Shown: positions 1 through 13,244, numbered from the stretch's first letter. The stretch is DNA of 64,000 nt from Octopus bimaculoides (GCF_001194135.2 NC_068985.1:113077446-113141445), one strand, 5' to 3'. A program made the numbers and translations. Notes: a model not told the origin generated them from the sequence alone.

Positions 1-74
1 TCCGTCTTTCTATCTATTGTTCGTATTCCTTGCTTGTGTACAAATCATAATATTCTCTTTTCTAACCACTGCAG

Positions 75-265
75 GAATACACAGGATGTTTGACATAGAT
101 ATTCGTGATAACAAGACTTGTTCAAATTTGTTCCGTTCAAGTAATAATATAATTTACTCGTTCAGCAAGTCTAAATCAAAGACCTTGACGTATTTTCACT
201 ATCATGAAGGACATCATTTCAAGCACACATTTTCAGACTGGAATCTATTCATTTGGAATCACTGA
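75..265 (+). CDS. Candidate terminal coding exon of an upstream gene (product unknown)
   Basis: Pyrimidine-rich acceptor ctcttttctaaccactgcAG (AG at 73-74), open phase-1 frame GIHRMFDIDIRDNK...DWNLFIWNH* ending at TGA 263-265, AATAAA at 285-290. No homology recognised. Confidence 0.2.
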
Positions 266-483
266 AGTATCTTTGTGTAAAACAAATAAATACAATGGCC
301 GCCATGCAATGTTTGTCATGTGATAGCTTCATTTCACATCAGCCTGTCTGACAGCATCGATTAACCTGTTTTCTCTTACGACTGTTCATTTCACTTGGCG
401 TACTTAATTTTTTTCAAACTTCTGTTCTGCCGTGAAGTTTTCGATATTCACGTGGAATTTTACACATTTATCAGAGCACTATA

Positions 484-697
484 GAGCGACGAACTGGCAG
501 AATCGTTAGCACGCTAGACGAAATACTTAGCGGCATTTCGCCCGACGCTACGTTCTGAGTTCAAATTCCACCGAGGTCGACTTTGCCTTTTAACCTTTCG
601 GTGTCGATAAATTAAATACCAATTGAGTACTGGGGTCGATGTAATTGACTATCCCCCTCCGCCAAATTTCTGGCTTAATGCCTATAGCAGAAAGGAT
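484..697 (+). mobile_element. tRNA-headed SINE, family A, with tail type 1
   Basis: A-box-like ctggcagaatcg, B-box-like gagttcaaattcc, core ttgccttttaacctttcggtgtcgat, tail ending gcctatagcagaaaggatt then (TTC)n. Many homologous copies in the window. Confidence 0.85.
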
Positions 698-713
698 TCT
701 TCTTCTTCTTCTT

Positions 714-744
<31 letters not shown>

Positions 745-780
745 TTATTATTATTATTATTATTATCATTATTATTATTA

Positions 781-830
<50 letters not shown>
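698..830. repeat. Compound microsatellite (TTC)n-(TTA)n
   Basis: Directly visible; follows the SINE A tail. Confidence 0.95.
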
Positions 831-832
<2 letters not shown>

Positions 833-907
833 GGCGGCGGCGATATGGCAGAATCGTTAGCACGCCGAGCAAAATGCTTAGTGGCATTTCGTCCATCTTT
901 ACTTTCT
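831..907 (+). mobile_element. Truncated SINE A head
   Basis: aaggcggcggcgatatggcagaatcgttagcacgccgagcaaaatgcttagtggcatttcg matches the family A 5' end. Confidence 0.8.
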
Positions 908-972
908 ATTGCATTGTAGCTGTATGTTTGTTTGTATGTATGTATTGTATTGTATGCATGCATGTATGTGTG

Positions 973-1029
<57 letters not shown>

Positions 1030-1033
1030 TGTG

Positions 1034-1064
<31 letters not shown>

Positions 1065-1079
1065 AGTGAGAAACAGAGG

Positions 1080-1119
<40 letters not shown>

Positions 1120-1634
1120 AAGAAAGAGAGTATGAGTGAGACAGAGTGAGAGCGAGAGAGTTCGTCTCCCATCAAAGAATCATAAGCGAACGCAATAAGA
1201 ACAAATTAACTGCAAAAGATGAAAGCACATCTTACAGAGGACTTTGCGGTAAAATATTTCCATTCGCATTCAGGTATTTGTGTCGCTAAGAAACGGTAAC
1301 CTTTCTGGTTGGATGGCATTAAAGTTTTACACGTTAGGCTTAATGAATTGCTTTCTAAAATGCTGAAAGCAAGCGCCTGTGAGACATACCTTCATTAGCA
1401 GGTTCCGATATTTCTTATGGTTTAGTTTTGAATATATTAAGCTATATGCAAGTTTCGCATCATTATGATACACTGCTTTGCATAATATATATATGTCTCT
1501 CTGTATGTGCATATATTTATATATATCTATATATATATCTATTTATCTAGCTAGCTATGTATGTACGTACGTACATACGTAAGTATGTATGTATGTGTGT
1601 ATGTATGCATGTATGTATGTATCTGTCAATTTCC

Positions 1635-1761
<127 letters not shown>

Positions 1762-2567
1762 ACTATCTATCTATCTGNNNNNNNNNNNNNNNNNNNNNNN
1801 NNNNNNNNNNNNNNNNNNNNNNNNNNNNNNNNNNNNNNNNNNNNNNNNNNNNNNNNNNNNNNNNNNNNNNNNNNNNNNNNNNNNNNNNNNNNNNNNNNNN
1901 NNNNNNNNNNNNNNNNNNNNNNNNNNNNNNNNNNNNNNNNNNNNNNNNNNNNNNNNNNNNNNNNNNNNNNNNNNNNNNNNNNNNNNNNNNNNNNNNNNNN
2001 NNNNNNNNNNNNNNNNNNNNNNNNNNNNNNNNNNNNNNNNNNNNNNNNNNNNNNNNNNNNNNNNNNNNNNNNNNNNNNNNNNNNNNNNNNNNNNNNNNNN
2101 NNNNNNNNNNNNNNNNNNNNNNNNNNNNNNNNNNNNNNNNNNNNNNNNNNNNNNNNNNNNNNNNNNNNNNNNNNNNNNNNNNNNNNNNNNNNNNNNNNNN
2201 NNNNNNNNNNNNNNNNNNNNNNNNNNNNNNNNNNNNNNNNNNNNNNNNNNNNNNNNNNNNNNNNNNNNNNNNNNNNNNNNNNNNNNNNNNNNNNNNNNNN
2301 NNNNNNNNNNNNNNNNNNNNNNNNNNNNNNNNNNNNNNNNNNNNNNNNNNNNNNNNNNNNNNNNNNNNNNNNNNNNNNNNNNNNNNNNNNNNNNNNNNNN
2401 NNNNNNNNNNNNNNNNNNNNNNNNNNNNNNNNNNNNNNNNNNNNNNNNNNNNNNNNNNNNNNNNNNNNNNNNNNNNNNNNNNNNNNNNNNNNNNNNNNNN
2501 NNNNNNNNNNNNNNNNNNNCGTGTGTGTGCAAGTTCGAAGTCCACTTGTAACACACACACGCACATA

Positions 2568-2611
<44 letters not shown>

Positions 2612-2820
2612 CAAACAAACACACATACATACACATACATACACACGCACAAGTTTGACTGTGTTTTCATGGGAAGTTAGTAACATATTTCATATAGAGA
2701 GGCAGCAGCAACTTCATATGAAATGCATATCATGTGATGAGGAAAAGACAACATTAGTTAATTAACTAATATTTCGATTACTTCGGTAATAGCTGTAGCC
2801 ATGTATATTTTAAACGTTTT

Positions 2821-2856
<36 letters not shown>

Positions 2857-3169
2857 TTTTTTTGTTTTTTCTTTCTTGAGTCACAGGATTCATTAGGAAG
2901 TTTGCGTACTTTACGTGGAATTTAAATGACTGAGCTCACCACATTCTCTCAAATTATAACGCCGCGAGACCAGCAGTTTTGAGGTGAGTGGACAAGTCAA
3001 TTACATCGACATTACTAATTGACTGTTATTCCATTATATCGATGCCGAAAGAGCTCGGCGGGATTTAAGAATCTGAAAGCGCCAGAAAAAATGACGATAA
3101 GCGTTTTGTGTGCCAATGCCTCTATCGCCTTCTTATTTCATATATCTTATTATTAGCTGACCCCGTACT

Positions 3170-3413
3170 CTTTTACTCGCTTTTACTTGTTTCAGCCATT
3201 TGACTACGGGCATGCTGGAGCACCGCCTTTAGTCGAGCAAATTGATCCCAGGACTTATTCTTTTAAGCCTAGTACTTATTCTATTGCCGAACCGCTAAGT
3301 TACGGGGACGTAAACACACCAGCATTGGTTGTCAATTTATGCTGGGGGGGGGGGACAAAGACAGATACACAAACACACAAGCACATATATATATACACAA
3401 TTACATATATACG
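3170..3413 (-). mobile_element. SINE family B, 3' half, running into a gap at its internal microsatellite
   Basis: ttttacttgtttcagccatttgactacgggcatgctggagcaccgcctttagtcgagcaa matches the 3' half of the full copy at 32243-32670. Confidence 0.85.
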
Positions 3414-4271
3414 NNNNNNNNNNNNNNNNNNNNNNNNNNNNNNNNNNNNNNNNNNNNNNNNNNNNNNNNNNNNNNNNNNNNNNNNNNNNNNNNNNNNNNN
3501 NNNNNNNNNNNNNNNNNNNNNNNNNNNNNNNNNNNNNNNNNNNNNNNNNNNNNNNNNNNNNNNNNNNNNNNNNNNNNNNNNNNNNNNNNNNNNNNNNNNN
3601 NNNNNNNNNNNNNNNNNNNNNNNNNNNNNNNNNNNNNNNNNNNNNNNNNNNNNNNNNNNNNNNNNNNNNNNNNNNNNNNNNNNNNNNNNNNNNNNNNNNN
3701 NNNNNNNNNNNNNNNNNNNNNNNNNNNNNNNNNNNNNNNNNNNNNNNNNNNNNNNNNNNNNNNNNNNNNNNNNNNNNNNNNNNNNNNNNNNNNNNNNNNN
3801 NNNNNNNNNNNNNNNNNNNNNNNNNNNNNNNNNNNNNNNNNNNNNNNNNNNNNNNNNNNNNNNNNNNNNNNNNNNNNNNNNNNNNNNNNNNNNNNNNNNN
3901 NNNNNNNNNNNNNNNNNNNNNNNNNNNNNNNNNNNNNNNNNNNNNNNNNNNNNNNNNNNNNNNNNNNNNNNNNNNNNNNNNNNNNNNNNNNNNNNNNNNN
4001 NNNNNNNNNNNNNNNNNNNNNNNNNNNNNNNNNNNNNNNNNNNNNNNNNNNNNNNNNNNNNNNNNNNNNNNNNNNNNNNNNNNNNNNNNNNNNNNNNNNN
4101 NNNNNNNNNNNNNNNNNNNNNNNNNNNNNNNNNNNNNNNNNNNNNNNNNNNNNNNNNNNNNNNNNNNNNNNNNNNNNNNNNNNNNNNNNNNNNNNNNNNN
4201 NNNNNNNNNNNNNNNNNNNNNNNNNNNNNNNNNNNNNNNNNNNNNNNNNNNNNNNNNNNNNNNNNNNNNNN

Positions 4272-4332
<61 letters not shown>

Positions 4333-4801
4333 CATATATACACACATACATATACAAATTTATAAAAGCACTGCGCTCATTACTGTATTAGGAGATTCTA
4401 AATCTGAAACCTCATGTTACCATACATCAGACATGGACAGCAATTCTCGAGAAGCGGACTGCATGAGAAGTAGCTAATCATCAGACAGGCAGCACAATAA
4501 AAAAAAAATTTTCAGCGTAATATCTCGTTAGAAGTACCAGTTACAGTCTAGAAGTATTTGGTCATGATAGCAGGAAATATTAGTCTTGTGGGCAGCAGTT
4601 TAGCTATAACTGTCTTAAATATTCTAATTTCTGATAGGCAACAGCTCGTATATCATCATTAAAGACGTCAATTATAATTATTTTGTCATTGTGTCACTCG
4701 TACTTGATTTCGGAGGTATCTGGGTGCAAAGATAACTTTGTAGTTAAGAAAATTATGTGGTGGATTGGGGATAACAAGCACAAAGATACACACAATTTGA
4801 T

Positions 4802-4852
<51 letters not shown>

Positions 4853-4855
4853 CAC

Positions 4856-4886
<31 letters not shown>

Positions 4887-5007
4887 CATGTCTTTATACA
4901 TGCATATACAAACACAGACACACACATACATGCGTAGAAACATATATATGTGAGTGTGTCTGTGTCTGTATGTATGTATATATACATTATAGGTTTTCAA
5001 AGCTATA

Positions 5008-6062
5008 ATGGAAGTGACAAAGAAGCATATTCGGCATATTTTGCAACGGAACGGAACGGAATGTGCGAGAAATATTAAGGCAGTATATGTGGAGCGGACA
5101 ATAAGCGTAAGCCAGTGTCAACGGTAGTTCTAGAAATTCCGAGCCGGAAACTACAGCCTAGAAGACGAGCCTTATTCTGGAAGATCTGTAGAGCAAACCC
5201 TGGTGGAACAAAATCCCATCATAACAGTTAAGGAACTAGCAGAGAAGCTTGAATTTGGTCATTCAACCATTCATCGACACTTGCGTGCCATTGGAAAAAT
5301 CAGCAAATTGGGTCAATGAGTTCCTCACAAACTTTCTGAGTCTAACCACGCGCAGAGGGTGAATGTGTGCTCTTCTTTGTTGTCACGTTTCACGAATGAA
5401 CCATTTTTGGACCGAAAAGTGACTGGTGACGAGAAATAGGTTCTCTATAAAAATGTCAAGCACCGAAGAGAGTTGGAAGGGAAAGGAGTAACACCAGCTC
5501 CCCAGGCTAAAATAAGGTCTTCACCCACGTAAGATGTTGTTATCTGTTTGGTGGGATATGAAAGGTTTAGTCCACTTTGAACTTTTAAACCCAAATCAAA
5601 CGATTACAAAGGATATCTACTGCGAGCAATTTGAGCGGCTTAAATGAGCGCTAGAAGAAAAATGACCATCTTTGGTTTGAAGACGAAAGGATAATGCTCG
5701 GTCACATACAGCGCGAGTATGACATTCTAAAGCCTGGGGCAGTTTGAATGGGAAACGATGCCCCACCCACCATATTTGCCGGACATTACCCCATCTGATT
5801 ATCATTTATTCCGCTGTCTTCAAAATCATTTGACAGAAAATATGAATATCGTAGATGAGGTCAGAGCAATACTGGAAGAGTACCTTTCGTCACGGACGAG
5901 TGAATTTTTGAAGAGAGGTCTTTACAAGTCTACCAGATAGATGGAAGAGCTTTGTAGAAAGTGAAAGAGAGTATATTTTAGATTTAAAAAGAACTTTGTT
6001 TATTTTAATTTTAAAAAACAAAAGAAGTATAAAAACCGCTTTATTTATAGGATGACCCAATA
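5008..6062 (+). mobile_element. Decayed mariner (Tc1/mariner, DD34D type) transposon, near-full-length transposase pseudogene with right TIR
   Basis: ATG at 5008 (MEVTKKHIRHIL); motifs *VPHKL, VTGDEK*, KMLLSVWWD, DNARSH, HPPYLPDITPSDYHLF; many stops and frameshifts; right end ...ttatttataggatgacccaa followed by TA. Left TIR not seen. Confidence 0.92.
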
Positions 6063-6145
6063 TAAATATATATATACATATATATACACACATATATATA
6101 TGTACATACATACATAGGTACATACATAGGTACATACATACAATT

Positions 6146-6222
6146 AAAAAAGACCGTGCTTATTTTAATTTTTAAAAACAAAAGAAGTATAAAAACCGCA
6201 TTATTTATGGGATGACCCAATG
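6146..6222 (+). mobile_element. Second, orphan copy of the mariner right end and TIR
   Basis: ttattttaatttttaaaaacaaaagaagtataaaaaccgcattatttatgggatgacccaa is nearly identical to 5998-6060. Confidence 0.85.
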
Positions 6223-6243
6223 TATATATATATATATATATAC

Positions 6244-6341
6244 GTTTTGGTTGCAATGTCCTGTACCCAGATATGCACCTATACATACAGGTGGATGTCG
6301 GTACGCACATACCTGTACGTATATATGCATATACTCATTTA
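6244..6341 (+). repeat. About 98-bp unclassified dispersed repeat (copy 1)
   Basis: Reverse complement of 34285-34382 at about 90% identity by manual alignment. Confidence 0.8.
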
Positions 6342-6384
6342 CTATTTGTTTTTATATATATATACATACATACATACATACATA

Positions 6385-6570
6385 CATCCGACGGGTATCT
6401 TTCTGTTTTTTTCTGTGTACCAAATCCACTCACAAGGCACTGGCTGAAACGGGGCTATAATAGAAGCCACTAACTACTTGCCTTGATCAAGTTGTCGCAC
6501 AGTGCGACTGAACCCAAATCTAGGTGGAATCAAAGCGAATTTCTTAACCACACATCCATGTCTACATTGA
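6385..6570 (-). mobile_element. SINE B 5' half, degenerate
   Basis: caaatccactcacaaggc...gcgactgaacccaaatc...ttcttaaccacaca corresponds to the SINE B head and core. Confidence 0.7.
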
Positions 6571-6621
6571 AAAAAAAAAAGAAAAGAAAGAGCGAAAGCT
6601 TTCAGTGGTATCGGTACGAAA

Positions 6622-6674
<53 letters not shown>

Positions 6675-7853
6675 ATAATAATAAAAAGAGAGAAACAAGC
6701 TATATTTTTGTGTCTTTAATACAGCGATTTCACATCAAAACCTTCGTTGTAAAAACAGAAATATGTTTTGCTTACATCGAAACATAAAAGTAACAGTTGG
6801 TGTTGCTCACAGTTAATGCGTCATAATGCTGACTGAAGGAATTCGCCAACCAATAATCGATAATGCTTAAATGTAAGGATTTGATAGGAATTAGCCAACA
6901 ATCGTTTTTTTTATATTTTTTATTATTTTTTACTATTTATTTTTTTTTATGTAGTCGTTTAATCATTTACGTCAATTGATGTGTTTATAAAACATTGTTG
7001 TTGTTTTTTTCTTTTTTGCTTTGTTTTGCGTTTTGTCGAACTTAACGATGGCTGTGTCCATAAGATGTTTCCGTTAAGTCGTTGGATGACACAGTATGCG
7101 AGTCATTTATACTTAATTACTAATGCTACTTGTGTGACTTTTTAACTTCAAACTACGGTAAATTAATCAAATTAAAAGTATGTCGATCGAGAGAGGGAGA
7201 GAGAGAGAGAGAGAAAAATGGCAGAGAAAACAAAACAAGAAAGAAACACAAAATGGAGGCTATGACATTATATTAGTGCAATGAACCGCGTTCTTTATCT
7301 ACGTTGATCTAATTTGCTTCTGAACAATTTATCACTTATTTATAAATATACTGAAGGACATTCAAAACTTCTATAAATATTCACACTGTCTCCAGTTCTT
7401 ATTGTCAACAATATACATTGTCAAAATGTTTGCTGAGTTGATTGTTCGGAATGTGTTCGTTTCTCTTATTTATATTTCAACGATAATCACAAGCTTTTCG
7501 CTTTTGTCACACGATTTAAAACCCTTTAATTCACCCAATTTCCTCTCTTGAAAGACCTATTATTATTATTACTGTTACTACTGTTACTGCTACTACAACT
7601 ACCACCTACCACTTGATAAGTTATTGCTACCGAATCATTTATTTGTTGAAAGAAATATGAGCAGCGTTAAATGTATTCTGGAATCAAACATTCTTCTTAG
7701 ACATTATCCTACAACACTAATCATAGCTATCAATTGATTTTCACAGCACGTTTTACCTAAGTGTCAGCGCTTACACACCCGCACACACACGCACACATAC
7801 ACACACACGCACACACACACACACACGCACACACATACGCACGCACACACGTG

Positions 7854-7885
<32 letters not shown>

Positions 7886-8448
7886 CATTCACTCACACAA
7901 ACTCATATATAGTCAATATGTCTATTTGTAGTCTGTGTGTTTGTGCCTGTGTATGTATGCATATGTACATGCATGCGCGCGCGCGCGTGCGTGTGTGTGT
8001 GAAATTTATGGATGCATGTATGTATATGTGTCTGTATGTTTAATTTGTTAGTTATTCTTCAGTTGACAGATTTCGGACAGTTCTCTTTAAATAGAAGGAT
8101 GCATGCAGAATCATTTGGGTCTTTTATTGAACTAACCTCCTTCTCTTGAAGGATTTGTACAAATTTGGCGATGTCGATAATGAAGAGCATTGTTTAAATA
8201 TTAAAGCTAATGATTTATTACATTGGAGCTAGGCCACAAGTTAGTAGAACTGGTTTATAAGCGACTGAATGAGCTCGGTTTACTAGAGATGCCATTTTAT
8301 AATTATAGAGTTTGATGGAAGGCAGATTTGACCTCGCCCATGGTAACAACGTAAACTCTGAATTTTATAAGATTCAAACTAAATACTGTAAAATATTTGA
8401 TTTCATCTCCTTGAAGGTAAACAATAATAACATTCTATAACAAAATTT

Positions 8449-8827
8449 GGAGGCGCAATGGCCCAGTGGTTAGGGCAGTGGACTTGCGGTCATAGGATCG
8501 CGGTTTCGATTCCCAGACCGGGCGTTGTGAGTGTTTATTGAGCGAAAACACCTAAAGCTCCACGAGGCTCCGGCAGGGGATGGTGGCGAACCCTGCTGTA
8601 CTCTTCCAACACAACTTTCTCTCACTCTTACTTCCTGTTTCTGTTGTGCCTGTAATCCAAAGGGTCGGCCTTGTCACACTGTGTCACGCTGAATATCCCT
8701 GAGAACTACGTTAAGGGTACACGTGTCTGTGGAGTGCTCAGCAACTTGCACGTTAATCTCACGAGCAGGTTGTTCCGTTGATCAGATCAACTGGAACCCT
8801 CGACGTCGTAAGCGACGGAGTGCCAAC
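8449..8827 (+). mobile_element. tRNA-headed SINE family C, full length
   Basis: Head ggcgcaatggcccagtggttagggcag...ggtttcgattccc with A/B boxes; tail ...gtcgtaagcgacggagtgccaac; closely matches 56624-56992 in reverse complement. Confidence 0.88.
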
Positions 8828-9359
8828 TTAGCAAAATTTATTTTATTTTTATTCTCTGTCTTTGGATAGCAAGTGTTATTTCCTATTTGCTTCTGACGAG
8901 AAATCATAGGAAATGACTATTATTCCCTTCAAATTTTGGTTTTATAACATGGACATCTATGGTTTGAAACTGACCTATTTTCCATTACATTTCAGACAAA
9001 TTCAGCACTGGGTTGCTTAACCGATAAATATCGTTATAGCAAATATTCCGCTCAATGCCACAGATGAGCTTGTCAGCTGCTTGACTTTAACCACATGAGC
9101 ATGTCCCTTAGTAGCTGACAATATGTGCATCTCTGATCCTGAACAGGAGTAGTGAGGGAGCATCATAGCCATGTGTTAAGAGAGATTCTTTAGGGTTTGA
9201 ATAAACATAGCAAAAGCAAAGTTTGAAGGAAATATTAGTCATTTTTCATACGTTCTAGGAGTAAACAAAGAGACAATATCAGTTGCTACACAAGGACAAA
9301 AACCTTGTTAATCAGTGTAATCAGTGGTATTTCGAATCTTAATTACAGCAGTGCCCCAA

Positions 9360-9374
9360 CAGTCGTAGTAGTAA

Positions 9375-9434
<60 letters not shown>

Positions 9435-9448
9435 CAGCAGCAGCTGCA

Positions 9449-9494
<46 letters not shown>

Positions 9495-9503
9495 TAGTAG
9501 TAG
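9360..9503. repeat. Compound trinucleotide repeat (GTA)n-(GCA)n-(GTA)n
   Basis: Directly visible; ends at a gap. Confidence 0.95.
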
Positions 9504-10214
9504 NNNNNNNNNNNNNNNNNNNNNNNNNNNNNNNNNNNNNNNNNNNNNNNNNNNNNNNNNNNNNNNNNNNNNNNNNNNNNNNNNNNNNNNNNNNNNNNNN
9601 NNNNNNNNNNNNNNNNNNNNNNNNNNNNNNNNNNNNNNNNNNNNNNNNNNNNNNNNNNNNNNNNNNNNNNNNNNNNNNNNNNNNNNNNNNNNNNNNNNNN
9701 NNNNNNNNNNNNNNNNNNNNNNNNNNNNNNNNNNNNNNNNNNNNNNNNNNNNNNNNNNNNNNNNNNNNNNNNNNNNNNNNNNNNNNNNNNNNNNNNNNNN
9801 NNNNNNNNNNNNNNNNNNNNNNNNNNNNNNNNNNNNNNNNNNNNNNNNNNNNNNNNNNNNNNNNNNNNNNNNNNNNNNNNNNNNNNNNNNNNNNNNNNNN
9901 NNNNNNNNNNNNNNNNNNNNNNNNNNNNNNNNNNNNNNNNNNNNNNNNNNNNNNNNNNNNNNNNNNNNNNNNNNNNNNNNNNNNNNNNNNNNNNNNNNNN
10001 NNNNNNNNNNNNNNNNNNNNNNNNNNNNNNNNNNNNNNNNNNNNNNNNNNNNNNNNNNNNNNNNNNNNNNNNATTCTAAAAATGATGAAATTAAAAATCA
10101 AGCACACAAATGATATCTATTTCGAATAACTGTTTTTCGAATAATTGTTTTCGAACATTTTTCATGATACATGTACGTCGGCCCGTTGCATGCTTTAAGT
10201 ACAGTAATTTTTAG

Positions 10215-10395
10215 GGAAGGGGACAACTCGATTACATCGACTCCAGTACTTAATTTGTACTTTGTTATCGATTACTGAAAATATGAAGGGCAAAGCTGAC
10301 TTCGATGGAATTTGAACTCTGAACGTAAAGAGTCAGAAGAAAACCTGCTAAGCACTTTGCCTGACGTTCTAACGATTCTAGCAACTCGTCACTTT
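10215..10395 (-). mobile_element. Degenerate SINE A
   Basis: gattacatcgactccagtac...gggcaaagctgacttcgatggaatttgaactc...ctaacgattcta. Confidence 0.7.
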
Positions 10396-10786
10396 AATGA
10401 ACCTTACAATATTTAGTCTTGAATCTGTACCTTTGAAGTTCAAATCATGTCTGCCTTTTGTCCTCTTGGGGTAAATAAAATAAGTACCAAATATGTACTT
10501 AAGTCGATTCAAGGAATTTATATACATCCTTTCGAACAACTTGCATCATACATTGGTCTTAGAATTCATAATCGCAATAGAACTTATAATTCCAATAACA
10601 CTTGCTATCCTTCTAAACATTTTCTGTTTAATAGAGGAGAGAAATAATTATAGATTACATGGATGGAAAGACCAGCTTCTCACCAATAAAATGTCTGAAG
10701 GCAACAAATATAAATTGAAGATACTGTCTGCTTGGATTATGCAAGGCAATGACCACTTCACCCATCATCACCTCATGAAAACTAAC

Positions 10787-10913
10787 ATATGTTTGGTGGT
10801 TGACAGAATTGCACTGCAAACAGCTGATATAGAAGTACATTCGAGCGGAATAACTCTTGGAGAACACTTGCATCAATTTCATTCCCATTTACTATAAACT
10901 CCATGAATACTAT
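10787..10913 (-). CDS. Candidate 127-nt internal exon (product unknown)
   Basis: Minus-strand acceptor ttcctgtattttttaAG, donor GTTAGT, open frame IVFMEFIVNGNEIDASVLQELFRSNVLLYQLFAVQFCQPPNI. No homology recognised. Confidence 0.15.
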
Positions 10914-11272
10914 CTTAAAAAATACAGGAAATAGCTATATACTCGATAACGACATAATTAGCTCTTTATCTATTACACATGAATGATACTAAGCTTAAAC
11001 GAACGGTATTTTTTTATTTCTTGAAATTAATTTTTCTTGGGAGCTTACTAGCTTTTATAATGCCACTGACATTTATGGAGATAACTATGTCAAGCACATT
11101 TTCTAAAGTCAATAAATTTGGCGTAAAAATTAACTAAATTATACAAGTAATCGAGATAGGTCAAGTATGGAGGTATCTACGAGAAAGAACAAGAACAACA
11201 TAGTAAAAGAAACGAAAGTTCTTGAAGAAATACTTCTGATAATTAATTGAGGTAATGTGTTAGTGACAGAAA

Positions 11273-12120
11273 TATTGATTTCAAATTTTGGCACAAGGCT
11301 AGTAGTTTCTGGGTGGGGTAAGTCAATTAAATCGGTTCCAGTGCTCAACTGGTATTTATTTTATCGACCCCGAAAGGATAAAAAGCAAAGCCGACCTCGG
11401 CAGAATTTGAACTCAGAACGTAAATACGGACGAAATACCGCTAAGCATTTTGCCCGGCGTGCTAACGTTTCTTATTTCTTTATTGCCCACAAGGGGCCAA
11501 ACATAGAGGGGACAAACAATGACAGACAAAGGGATTAAGTCGATTACATCGACCCCAGTGCGTAACTGGTACTTAACTTATCGACCCCGAAAGGCTGAAA
11601 GGCAAAGTCGACCTCGGCGGAATTTGAACTCAGAACGTAGCGACAAACGAAATACCGCTAAGCATTTCGCCGGGCGTGCTAACGATTCTGCCAGCTCGTC
11701 AGCTTTTAGTGGTATAAATATCTATTTCTTTATTGCCCACAGGGGGATAAACATAGAAGGGACAAACCCAGTGCGTAACTGGTACTTATCTAATGGACCC
11801 CGAAAGGATGAAAGGCAAAGTCAGAATGTGAAAACATGAAATACCGCTAAACATTTCGCCCGGCGTGCTAACGATTCTGCCAGCTTACCACCCTCTAAAA
11901 ATAATCTTCTCTACTCTAGTCACAGGGCCTGAAACTTTTGGGGAGTGGGCCAGTCAATTAGAGCAACCCCAATACGCAACTTGTACTTAATTTATCGATC
12001 CAGAAAGGATGAAGGGCAAAGTGGACCTCGGCGGAATTTGAACTCAGAACGCAATGGCAGACGAAATACCGCTAAGCATTTCGCCCGGCGTGCTAACGAT
12101 TCTGCCAGGTCGTCGCCGTT
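11273..12120 (-). mobile_element. Tandem array of about four SINE A copies and fragments with alternating tails
   Basis: Repeated aaataccgctaagcatttcgcccggcgtgctaacg and gaaaggatgaaaggcaaagtcgacctcggcggaatttgaactcagaacg blocks. Confidence 0.9.
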
Positions 12121-12605
12121 TAGTCGTACAAATATTAAGACTTAGAAGGACTTTTTCACTACTGATATTTATCATACACTGCTGGGATAGTCATTGGAGT
12201 GCGCCCATGCTGGAACATCGCCATGAAGGGTTCAGTTGAACAAATCAACCCCAGAAACTATGTTCTCGTTTAATTTCGGTATTTATTCTACCATTCTCAA
12301 TTCTCGAATTGCTAAGTTACGCGAACATAAACCCTCAAACATCGGCTGTCAAACCTGTTGGAAGACAAGCACAGACACAAAGACTCACGCAAGCACGCAC
12401 GCATGCACGCACACACAATTCTTTTTTTGGAACAGTGAATTTCGAAACTGATAAAGCTATATGCAGTAGCATCTAAAAGGCTTTTTAAATCCAATATTTA
12501 CACGCTAATGGTTATAGGTTTAGCTTATTCGAGAATCATGCCAGGTTCATGAAGTTCCTAAATTCTTATAACGCTATCAACATACATAAACACACACACA
12601 CACAC

Positions 12606-12718
12606 ATATATATAATTAAAACATCGGGTAAAAAATCATATATTAATTAATATCGATTTATTACCAGGAAGCTAGCACATTTAAAGAATCAGAGAGATTC
12701 AGAAAAAATATCTGAGAT
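12606..12718 (+). repeat. Dispersed repeat homologous to the arm and right flank of the 47.9-kb inverted repeat
   Basis: tattaattaatatcgatttattaccaggaagctagcacatttaaagaatcagagagattcagaaaaaatatctgagat aligns with the reverse complement of about 48137-48250. Confidence 0.75.
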
Positions 12719-12972
12719 ATATATATATATATATCTTACGGAGGTGTACTTGCATAGCAAGTGACCTGATCTGAGATCGTGTGCTGAAACAAAAACAAAT
12801 GCAGCGTGGAAGGTGTTGCTAAGCCATTTAAAAACACACAAAAACCGTTAGATTCACTTCAACATTAAAAATTTAATTGGCCAAAATATTTTCGTCACTT
12901 TGAGATTCTACCAAGAATAAGAACAAACCTGAGTCAAATTGATCAATAATAATAATAATGATAATAAAAGTC

Positions 12973-13004
<32 letters not shown>

Positions 13005-13014
13005 CCTTGATACT

Positions 13015-13200
13015 ATAGGCACAAAACCAGTAATTTTGGAGGAGGTGGATAGTCGATTACATCGACCCCAGTACTCGACTGGTACTTATTTCATCGACCC
13101 CGAAAGAATCAGAGGCAAAGGTGACGTCGGCAGAATTTGAATTCTGAGCGTAAGCAGCCGCAAATAATTGCTTCAAAGTTTGGCAGAATACCAGTAATAT
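13015..13200 (-). mobile_element. SINE A, degenerate
   Basis: gtcgattacatcgaccccagtactcgactggtacttatttcatcgaccccgaaag...cggcagaatttgaattctgagcgt. Confidence 0.75.
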
Positions 13201-13244
13201 GAGAGCGAGAGGATGGTCGATTACATTGATCAGCAGCCACGAAG

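Noticed and set aside
8449-8525. tRNA-like sequences at SINE heads (also 16110, 16608, 43021, 56920)
   Set aside because: They have A/B boxes but continue into repeat bodies and lack a complete cloverleaf; these are SINE heads, not tRNA genes.
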